Assembly: GCF_018977255.1 (NCBI RefSeq)
Contig: NW_024705585.1
Coordinates: forward strand, 1 to 33,125
Direction: 5' to 3'
DNA length: 33,125 nucleotides
DNA from: Callorhinchus milii
Taxonomy: Eukaryota
Every line of letters begins with the position of its first letter. Within the stretch, counting starts at the first letter, position 1. This document shows positions 24,859 through 33,125 of this stretch, in pieces. A program made the translations under genes and the position numbers. The notes below the pieces were generated by a model. The model did no database searches and was not told where the DNA came from. It saw nothing but the letters and a program-made list of their open reading frames with translations.

Positions 24859-25068
24859 TCGAATGTGAGCCGCTCCTCCACCTGTTTCGTGAAAAATGCT
24901 TGTGAAAAATCACGTTTCTACGTCTACTTTCAATTTTTCACGAGACAATATGTCTATTTTCATTGCCAGCAATTTGATTTTTCACACAATATTTCCGCCA
25001 ATCACCGTAACGGTGGGCCAAAGGATTGACCAATCAACGAGATGCGCATTCGTTGGTTTGTTCCGCAC

Positions 25069-25171
25069 CATTGGGACCATGGTCAGGAGCGTCAAGCAGA
25101 CTGGTCCATCTCCCAAGGACGTCGCCTTTGTCTCTGTCCTTGGTCGTTTGGCGGGCTATGGTCGAATGCAT
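25069..25171 (-). CDS. Putative first coding exon of the transposase (34 codons + 1 nt)
   Basis: GCC-ATG at 25171, open to AATG|GTGCGG at 25069/25068. An acceptor AAACAG|G at 24882/24881 restores the transposase frame after a 187-nt AT-richer intron. Confidence 0.4.
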
Positions 25172-25344
25172 GGCAAATTTAAGGGTGTACAGTAGCGCGT
25201 AGCATCAACCAACAATCCAAAAGTTTGGTATTGACGCGAGTCACTAGTCTAGGTCATCACGCAAGGTGGCAGTGCGCCCGCCTGGTCGCAAGCCCGCCCC
25301 GAGCTCACTTCCGAGTCCGAGCCGTAGCTTGAAATGTTGGTCGT

Positions 25345-25540
25345 TGGGGTGCTGGCACACTGTGCCAGCGTACAAATATCAAGTGTGTGTAGTTATATGG
25401 TGCTGGCACACTGTGCCAGCATACTAATACCAAGTGTTTAGATGAATGGGGTGCTGGCACAGTGTGCCAGTATACAAATACCAAGTGTTTGGATGAATGG
25501 GGTGCTGGCACACTGTGCTAGTATACAATTATCAAGTGTA
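25345..25540 (-). repeat. Right subterminal array: four 51-bp tandem units with the same palindrome, inverted relative to the left array
   Basis: Cores CTGGCACASTGTGCCAG at 25352, 25403, 25454 and 25505 (last has one mismatch), each followed by YATACAAATAYCAAGTG-like sequence. Confidence 0.92.
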
Positions 25541-25607
25541 TTTGACAAATGTCAAAACTGGGTGCACCCTGAGTGTCCAAAACTCAAGTTTTTGGCCACC
25601 CAGGGTG

Positions 25608-25679
25608 CACCCAGTTTTGACATTTGGGATCCAGTTTTGTCGGCAAAAGTTAAAAACCACCCAGTTTTGACATTTTCCC
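25608..25679 (-). repeat. Right terminal inverted repeat (72 bp)
   Basis: Exact reverse complement of 22538-22609. Confidence 0.95.
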
Positions 25680-25689
25680 ATTTTTAATG
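25680..25689 (+). repeat. Right target-site duplication ATTTTTAATG
   Basis: Identical to 22528-22537. Confidence 0.93.
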
Positions 25690-25789
25690 GGTTAGATCGA
25701 GTAAATATATAAATGTCGTTAAAACCTGGCACCACTTGACACAGCCAACTAGTAACGGTTGTCACATAAACAGAACATGCCAATTCGTC

Positions 25790-26455
25790 ACTAGTACAGC
25801 ACACTGGTGTGTTGGGGAGCCAAGCCACAACATTTACAATCTGAGTACGACGTTTCACCAGTAATTACAACTAGCTTCATCAGGTGATAGCCAGATTTGT
25901 GTAGAAGTCCACGTGTTTCGTTCCTTACAAAGAGGTATAGATGTGGTGACCACACTTCTGCGCTCTTGTGCAAAGTGGGGGGGGGGGGGTGAAGGATTAA
26001 TGAACCAACGTACATTATGCATGCACATTATGCGAGCCCTTTGATCTTATCCTTCCTGTCCATTGTATTAAAATAGCAGTACCAACAGAAATCTCTATTG
26101 AAGTATGGTACCCTGTATAGGCATGCATTTAAATAATGTATTATTTGACGATTTGCTTCCACGCAGCACTAAGTCGGTAGCTATCCAAACGGTTAAAATT
26201 ATTTTTATTTCTTTCAATTTCGATAGATTCTCTAATTAGTATTGGCCAGTAGTAGCTAGTTTTGCACAGAACTTCAACATTATCAAAATCAATTGAGTGT
26301 TCTTGTTGGCACGCGTGTATTTAATATTTCTCTGATGTTCTTTTAGTCTCGTGCTGATCATTCGTCCTGTTTGCCCAACATATCATTTGCCACAAGTGCA
26401 GTTAATCCTGTAGACACCTTCTGTTGATCGCTTCGGTAATACATCTTTTGTACCA
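25790..26455 (-). mobile_element. Second Penelope-like fragment (GIY-YIG C-terminus plus 3' pLTR), different family from 21212-22032
   Basis: Minus strand reads KDVLPKRSTEGVYRINCTCGK*YVGQTGRMISTRLKEH and, after a frameshift or deletion, HSIDFDNVEVLCKTSYYWPILIRESIEIERNKNNFNRLDSYRLSAAW, with a stop at 26141-26143. A hammerhead motif lies downstream. Left end approximate. Confidence 0.85.
25845..25887 (-). ncRNA. Minimal hammerhead-ribozyme motif with intact core
   Basis: Minus strand reads UCAC-CUGAUGA-A-GCUAGU[UGUAAUU]ACUGGU-GAAA-CG-UC-GUAC. Core boxes and the GUC triplet are intact; helix I is only 2 bp. Confidence 0.65.
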
Positions 26456-26459
26456 GAAG

Positions 26460-27960
26460 TCAAGTTCAAGAAACATAAGTAATGAGCATCCTTCACGAGC
26501 TTCCTCCATAGAGGCCGATCTTGACACCAGTGGTACCATAATTGACACCAGTGGTACCAGTCTTTGGCAAGTCCACTCAGCTCCGTATCCTCCTGTACTG
26601 CATCAGTCCATCTCTTCTCCAGGCCGTGCCACGCCCATTTAGCCCCCTCTATCTGGAAAAACAGCAGCTGCTTGGGCATGTGGTGGCTGAGCATGCGGGC
26701 TACATGACCCAGGCAATGCAGCCCTACCCACCAGTGGAGCTCACTGATGGGAATGTGTCCATATCTTTCAAGGATTTGTGAGCTCTTCACACATTCCAGC
26801 CTAGTTAAACCCAGGGTGGATCGTAGGCAGGCCAGTCTGAAAGTTTAAAGCTGGTTCAGAGTTTTCATTTATTTCATCATTGGCCAAGAAGACCCAGTGC
26901 TTGTGTCGAGTGACAGGCCAGGTAGATACCCCACAGTGTTACGAAGCTGATGAAAATATGCCACTTGACCGATTTGGAGTGAGACCTCTGCTTCCAAAGC
27001 GGAATTTTCGCATAAGCACACTACCCAGGTACGTAAACTTCTCCTGTCTCTCTACAACTACCCCATCACTCATGAGTAGTTGAAGGGCGGAGTATTAAAT
27101 TATACAAAATACTCATGGGGGTGCTTAGTTTTGGTAGGGCTGATGGTAAGGCCCCACCTCTTTGTCGCACGCTCCAGGCTTAGCAGCAGAACTACCAAAT
27201 TATCAGTGTACATAACATGGTTGACCAGGAGGGAGCCATCCCTTGACCTCACCCAGGCATCAATCAGCCTCCCATTGTATCTGTACCAAATAAAAAAAAA
27301 TCCACCGGTACAGCCATAAAAAGCTAGAACTATGTGGTCGAAGATGATGCTAAATAATGTGTCAGCCAGAGTAGATCCCTGTCGCACCCCACTGTAAACA
27401 GGGAATTGCTCTGACTCCCGGGCAAACAACTTTATCCGGGCCTGCCCACTATCATGAAGGTCCTTAATGATTGGGAGCAGAGGGTTTGGGACTCCGAAAG
27501 CACGAATAACAATAAAGAGCCCTGGCCTACTGATTGTATCATAGGCCTTGACCAGGTCAATAAAGCAGAGATGTAGGTCTCTTTGAAATTCATTACACCT
27601 CTGCTGTAGCACACGGAGAGAGAATATGGCATCCGTGCAGGATGCCCTCGGCCTGAAACCACATTAGGGGTCCGCAAGCCTCTCCTCAGTGTGCCTGGCA
27701 AGGGAATGTTGAATAATCCTTGCCAGGACCTTCCTAAATACACCGGGGTGGGAGATGCCTGATACTTGTTGCAATGTGTGCGGTCCTCGTTCTTAAAGAG
27801 TGGGACCACCAGGGAATCCTTCCAATCCTGTGGAACCCATCTTGTGGTCCAGACAGTTGTGATGAAGACATGTAGGGCATTCTGCACACAGGCGCCACCC
27901 TCCCGCAGCAGTTTGATTAGGAAATTACCTTTTCCCGGCGCTTTTCCTGGTCTCGGACAG
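26460..27960 (-). mobile_element. 5'-truncated, degenerate RTE-like LINE (RT domain and C-terminus)
   Basis: Motifs across frameshifts: PGKAPG..., VPQDWKDSLVVPLFK, LCFIDLVKAYD, GVRQG, YTDN (decayed YADD), GLTISPTKTK, FTYLGS, LGHVARM...PKQLLF, W...CQDRPLWRKLV. A short CTTGA(A) tail lies at ~26460. Confidence 0.88.
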
Positions 27961-28144
27961 ATGGCACCTCAGCCAGCCACTCACGAAGGGAGGCTACTTA
28001 TACCAATATTTGAGGCAACGCAGCCCCAGCAGGGTCGTCCCCACCTTGCCCCATAATGTTTTTCTCGTCTGCAGGTTTGCAAAGCAATTCTATAAGGTCT
28101 TGGGGTTCAGATAACACACACAAACACACTGATACTGATATATA

Positions 28145-28630
28145 GGTATGCTAATGCCTCGACATTCACGAGGGTTAGATTCTTGAAAATTTGCGTGAAA
28201 GTAGATTTCGTGAATGCAGATACTATGTTTATATGGGGGAAAAAGGAGGTTTCGGGTCCCGTGTCCGACTGAACATATTGGAGAGTAAAAAATATTAAAA
28301 ACATTAATTCTGTACTGTATACTTAAATAACAACTAAATTGTAATTAAATTGTATAATAATACATGTAGATAACTAAAATGAAACAAGAAGAGAAAGTCA
28401 AAGTGTCCTCTCGGGGGTCGTCCACATTGGTGGAAGTGCTGCCACACTTTCCCTAATTGCCTTCGAATTTTTTCTTCATAAATCTGACTGTTGACTCGTT
28501 TACCATGTAATGGCGGCCAACAGCAGATGCACAGTAACCACGAGCAAGTCTATAAAACAACTCATCTCTTTTTTCCACCTTTTCCTCTTGCCATCACTTC
28601 CTTTACCCACTTGAGGCTGACTCCATTATC
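28145..28630 (-). mobile_element. Tigger/pogo-like DNA transposon remnant (N-terminal psq/CENP-B-type HTH)
   Basis: Minus strand 28590-28430 reads QEEKVEKRDELFYRLARGYCASAVGRHYMVNESTVRFMKK, then after a frameshift KAIRESVAA, resembling Tigger1/TIGD1 N-termini. A TIR-like CCTCGACATTCACGAGGGTTAG lies at ~28157. Boundaries approximate. Confidence 0.7.
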
Positions 28631-29187
28631 TAAATAAATAAAAAACACCACCATGAGACAAAAACAGGGGAGAGAGGCATGGGGAAACAAAGACGGGGAG
28701 TCAGACAAATATATATGGAGATGTAGTTCTGGCAGGTATTTATAATTGATTGAAATATTGTATTTGTTTTGGTATGATTGCTTTGTTAACTACAATCACA
28801 GAAGCCAAGGTTATTGTCCACATTCTTAGATATATAACATGTGTAATGTAGGATTCTGGAGACAGTAACTGTAGAGGCACCTTTATTTATATTACTCGTA
28901 CTCACTAGACGACTCACTAAGCATATAATGTAACGCTGACCGTCAAGCTCGACGGCGCTAACTGACTGGATAGCTGGCTGACTATTCAGCAGTGGTGACA
29001 TCGGGCAAGGACGGCAGCGATGACGGCGGCGGCGAGGACGACTTCCACAGCGAGACGACCCTGATTCCCACGAACATCCCCGAGCTCCCTCTCTCGCCCC
29101 CTTTTATGCTTCCAGCGGGGCCTGGCCCTGCCTTGGCCACGGCCCCTTTCTCGACCCTTCTAGCAGGTTCTGGGAGCTCACAGATGG

Positions 29188-29247
29188 ATCCCTTCCATGA
29201 CCCTTAGCCCAGTTCTTATCCCTTCCATGACCCTTGCCCCAGTTCTT
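29188..29247 (+). repeat. 30-bp tandem duplication
   Basis: ATCCCTTCCATGACCCTTAGCCCAGTTCTT followed by ATCCCTTCCATGACCCTTGCCCCAGTTCTT. Confidence 0.9.
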
Positions 29248-29706
29248 CCCCTTGGGTGAGAACACCCGCAATTGCTACTTCTGGCAGCCAGTCGGTACTG
29301 CAACACTACACATGTAACGCATGGATTTGTTACACTGTTCAACCACACACACAGACACATTTTAATCAAAACAAGTCCCTTATTTGTCAAAAAAAATCAG
29401 AGTACCAGTCATCAAATATGCAACTGACACTTGGTCCAAAGAATACGTGATACTGTAATAGAAATACATGAATGGCTAAATTCAGAATTTAGGTTAATAA
29501 GGCATAACCCAGTGCATAATGACATAAAATACAAATAGTGCAACAAAGGAAATCAGCTTTCAGTCTGTATCAGACGGTCTCTGACGCTAGTGTTGAGAAG
29601 GTGACATGGCAGGCGTTTAGAAACCTGCTGTGCCGGTGAATGTAAAGTCGTCACACAGTGTCTTTCGAACAACACAACAGCCAGGTGCTTGGTGCAGCTG
29701 GTGACT

Positions 29707-29806
29707 TGCCAGGTGTGGTGGGGTATTGACGATGCGTAGAACGATGAAATTGTACTTCTTTCTCGAATGTCAGGTGTTGTCGGGCTTTGACGATGGGTAG
29801 CACGAT
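29707..29806. repeat. Diverged 39-bp direct repeat, period 61 bp
   Basis: TGCCAGGTGTGGTGGGGTATTGACGATGCGTAGAACGAT versus TGTCAGGTGTTGTCGGGCTTTGACGATGGGTAGCACGAT (7 mismatches in 39). Confidence 0.75.
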
Positions 29807-30999
29807 TGTTTTCCTTCAGTATCCAACGTATAGAGGTGTCTTCACCATGATAATTATTAACAGGCTTGTTGGTTTACAGTAACTTTTTTAAGCTCATGTG
29901 ATTCATGGCATGTGACCTTGCAGCTCAGTTTTGAGCAATGCCTTTCCTTCTCCAAGACTTCTTCTGCAACACTCACTTTAAGTCTTCTTAATTTCACTTG
30001 CCATATGTATGGGCTCAATATAAATTGACAACTGCAAATGTTAAACTTTGCTTTAAAAATCTCCACTGTTTTTACCACTATACCTCTGAGTGGTTACTCA
30101 GCATTTCAGCCATTCTCGTGCATGGAATGACTTCTGTTGAGAGCAACCTCACATGCACGGGAGCACATGCTATCCAGCTAACATAAACATCGGGTTGCCC
30201 CTGGCTCTCTGGCCCCTCTGGGCACTCTCTGGGCTCCGGGCACCCCGGCCCTCCTCTTCTCCTCTCCTCCCTTTATCTTCTCCTTCTCTAACGTAGCCCA
30301 CTAATATACTAATTGTATGAATGGACCAGTGTATAAGAATTAATAGTGTATTTATTATCCGATTCATGCTCTCTCTTGTGAAACAATGGACATCTTATAA
30401 ATTTAGCCAGACTTCCACAGCTTGGTCATCAATCCATCTTACTTTTTCGGAGATAAGGGAAGTTTATTTATGTTTGGCCTGGAGTTTCAGACCTCGCAAA
30501 CTTAATAGGGCCTCCCCAGCCAGCCCATAAATCTAATGAAGTACTTTGGAGGAGGAGGTGTCTCCGGCACATGAGTCAACCTCCAGACCTCCCTACAGTG
30601 GTATCATTGTTACATCGGTCTCAAGTAAAGTTAGATTCCTGTCAATGGTACCAAGTTTCTTTACCAAAATAACATACAGGAAATGCGCATGTTTGTGTCC
30701 TCTGGTCTAACACCATTTGAGACGAGGCTCAAAATAAAGCTGTCTCTGGTGTGGACCAATCAGTTTCAAGGACAATGCATATATTAGAGTATTTTTTTGT
30801 TTGCATTCTGACCACAAGCATTGTGGTTAATGCAGACATGATTCCTTGTAAAAGGTATCAGTTTGGTGTTTTAATATCTTAACACCTGTTTTGTTTCCAG
30901 AAAAAAGGGCAAAAACCTATTATAATACAGGAAATACTCAAACACCCATTAATTAATCATTTGTGGTGCTGCTCTCTTCTCCCCATGTGACTCCCCAGA

Positions 31000-33055
31000 C
31001 CCTGGCTCGAAGGGGCAGCGCAAGAGGATGCACTGTGCCATAAGACTAGAAGCTGAGCGCCAGATACGGGAGCTTGAGATGATCCTGCTGGATCGTTGTG
31101 CACAGCAGCAGGCCAAGTATCAGCAGGAGCTGCTGGAATTCCAGAACAGCACCGAGCTGAAGAGCTTCATCATCCACCACCAGCAGCAAAAGGCAGAAGA
31201 GCAGCAGCAGGCAGAAGTCAACGCTAGTAATGAGGATGTGCAGCAGACATGTCAAAATAGCAAGAAGGTTGAGAACGAGATGGAGGAGATGGAGAAAGTG
31301 GGGGAGAGAAATGTATGAAGAGAAAACGTGGGAGTAGGAAGAAACATAAGAACAAGAAGAAAGTTCTGGAGGAGACGGTGAAAGAAGAGGTGGCTGAGAG
31401 AGAGGGGAGTGAGGGAAAGCCCATGCAGGAAATGGTGGAGGTTGGGATGATTGAGGTAGAGATGATTGAGACAGTGGCTTTGGAGGATGTGATGAAGGAG
31501 GTAGAGTTGAATAAGGTAGAGGTGTTAGAAGGAGATGGCAAGCGGGAATTAGCGAATGAGGCAGAGGTAGTGGTGATTGAGGTAGAAGCAATGGCAAAGC
31601 AGGAAGTGGTGGAAGAGATAGCGGCCAATGTCATAGATGGGATTGAGAGAGATGCAAAACAGGTATTAGCAGAAGAGATAGAGCCAAATGAGGTAGATGG
31701 GAATGAGGGAATAGCCAATCAGGAAGTGGCAAAGAAAGTTGCGAATGTTGTGGAGACAAAGAAAGAGGGAGAGGATTGTGTTCAGAGGAAACGTAGGAAT
31801 AGGAAGCTACGAAGGACTAAGATTAACGTTCTGGAAGTAGAAGAGATGAAGGAAAACGAGATTGAGAGAGAAGGGAATGATGGAGAGCCCAAAAGGAAGT
31901 GGCGAGTGAGGTAGCGGTGATAGATGCAGTGGCCACGCAGAATTTGTGAAAGAGGTAGTGGTCAATGTCTAGAAGGGATTGAGAGAGATGCCAAGGATGA
32001 CTTAGGGAAAGAGTAGAGGCAAGTGAGGTAGATGGGAATGAGGGAATAGCCAAACAGGAAGTGGCTAAGAAAGTTGATGTTGTGGAGACAAAGAAAGAGG
32101 GAGAGGATGTGTTCAGAGGAAACGTAGGAATAGGAAGCTACGAAGGACTGAGATGAAAGTTCGGAAGTAGAAGAGATGAAGGAAAACGAGATTGAGGGAG
32201 AGGGGAATGATGGAGAGGCCAGGAAGGAAGTGGTGAAAGAGGTAGTGGCCAATGTCGTAGAAGGGATTGGAGAGATACAAAGCAGGAATTGGTGAAACAG
32301 GTAGAGGCAATTCAGGTCGACACGATTGAAGAAAAGGCCTTGCAGGTCTTGATCAATGAGGTAGATACGAATGAGGTAAAGACCAAACAGGAAATGTCAA
32401 AACAAGTTGAGAACGTGGTGGAGGAGATAAAGCAGGAAGGGGCAAAGGAGGTTGAGGCATATGTAGTAGATGCCATCCAGGAAGTGGCAAAAGAGGTAGA
32501 GGAGATTGAGGAGAGTCCAAGCAGGAGGTGGTTACAGAGGTGGAGCCGAATGAGTTGGAGGCGAATGACATAGAAGTGATTGAGGTAGAAGTGGAGGTAG
32601 GGGCTATTGAGGTGGAGGAGAGTGAGGCGATTTTGGTAGAGGCGAATGGTGTAGAGGCAATAGAGCTAGAGGCAAAAGAAGTAGGAGCTATTGAGTTAGA
32701 GGCAAATGAGGTAGAGCTGAAGGAGGTCGACATGATTGAAGACGATACAAAGCAGGAAGTGGTGAATGGGAAGGGAGATGCGAGCAACCTTGGAGGGCAG
32801 ACATTGTTCAGGAAGAGAAGAAAGAGATTAAGCACATCCCATCTTCTAAGGGAGAGAGAAAGAACAGTTTCTGGCGTTGGGCAATTTGGAGCTTCCTGGG
32901 CTGCACACGGCAGCTGGAGAACGATGAGGAAGAGGAGAATGAACGAGGAGGAGACAGAGGGAAGGAGCGCCAAGACCAGGAGCTGGGAAACAAGAAGAAA
33001 GAAAAATGGTGGAGACTCCGCAGAGGGAGAAACTAGCGTGTTCTCCCAGACATAG
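31000..33055 (+). pseudogene. Long Glu/Val-rich low-complexity coding region broken by frameshifts (large exon or pseudogene; product unknown)
   Basis: Consecutive ORFs 31028-31318, 31315-31914, 32289-32573 and 32528-33055 share E/V/K-rich composition and GAG/GTG/GAA periodicity. A candidate acceptor CCCCAG lies at ~30998. N-terminal Q-rich coiled-coil-like part and basic C-terminus. Confidence 0.6.
31600..32290 (+). repeat. Internal tandem duplication, period ~335 bp, with partial third copy
   Basis: GGGATTGAGAGAGATGC at 31639 and 31975, with a variant at ~32263. Long near-identical blocks such as TGTTGTGGAGACAAAGAAAGAGGGAGAGGAT and GTTCAGAGGAAACGTAGGAATAGGAAGCTACGAAGGACT occur in both copies. 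Confidence 0.9.
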
Positions 33056-33125
33056 ACATTGAGACGTGGTTGGATGGACATGTATATCTATATCTGTATG
33101 TATATTTTAAGTTGTAATAAAAACG

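Larger units (their letters stand above)
22538..25679 (-). mobile_element. Full-length Mutator-like (MULE/MuDR) DNA transposon, 3142 bp, apparently autonomous
   Basis: Perfect 72-bp TIRs starting GGGAAAATGTCAAAACTGGGTGG, a perfect 10-bp TSD, and an intact MULE transposase. Long TIRs starting with G and 9-11 bp TSDs are characteristic of Mutator. Confidence 0.96.

Noticed and set aside
23167..24868. Antisense ORFs (295 aa, 153 aa, 105 aa and others) over the transposase
   Set aside because: Expected by-products of GC-rich codon usage, with no recognisable domains.
22834..25540. Palindromic repeats with intervening sequence resembling CRISPR arrays
   Set aside because: The intervening sequences are related to each other or very uneven in length, the arrays mirror each other inside a transposon, and there are no cas genes. 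They are subterminal repeats.
31046..33081. Ser/Pro/Leu-rich minus-strand ORFs
   Set aside because: They are antisense shadows of the purine-rich Glu/Val-coding plus strand.

Overview
The window has two very different halves. Bases 1 to ~16,600 look like random sequence: even base composition, no CpG depletion, no microsatellites or repeats, and only chance-length ORFs. I found no feature there and suspect synthetic or shuffled filler. From ~16,680 on, the sequence looks like repeat-rich animal (invertebrate-like) nuclear DNA. It holds decayed RTE-like LINEs, tRNA/V-type SINEs, a Tigger/pogo remnant, a possible solo LTR, three Penelope-like element ends that each carry a minimal hammerhead-ribozyme motif, and a frameshifted Glu/Val-rich repeat ORF. 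The standout is one pristine, apparently autonomous Mutator-like (MULE/MuDR) DNA transposon at 22538-25679. It has perfect 72-bp TIRs, a perfect 10-bp TSD (ATTTTTAATG), mirrored subterminal arrays of a 17-bp palindrome, and an intact GC-rich 572-aa DDE transposase with a probable extra 5' exon. Its composition is foreign to the flanks and the protein looks oomycete-like to me, so recent horizontal transfer or a chimeric/planted sequence is the main hypothesis to test. All family calls rest on motif recognition by eye, with no database search.
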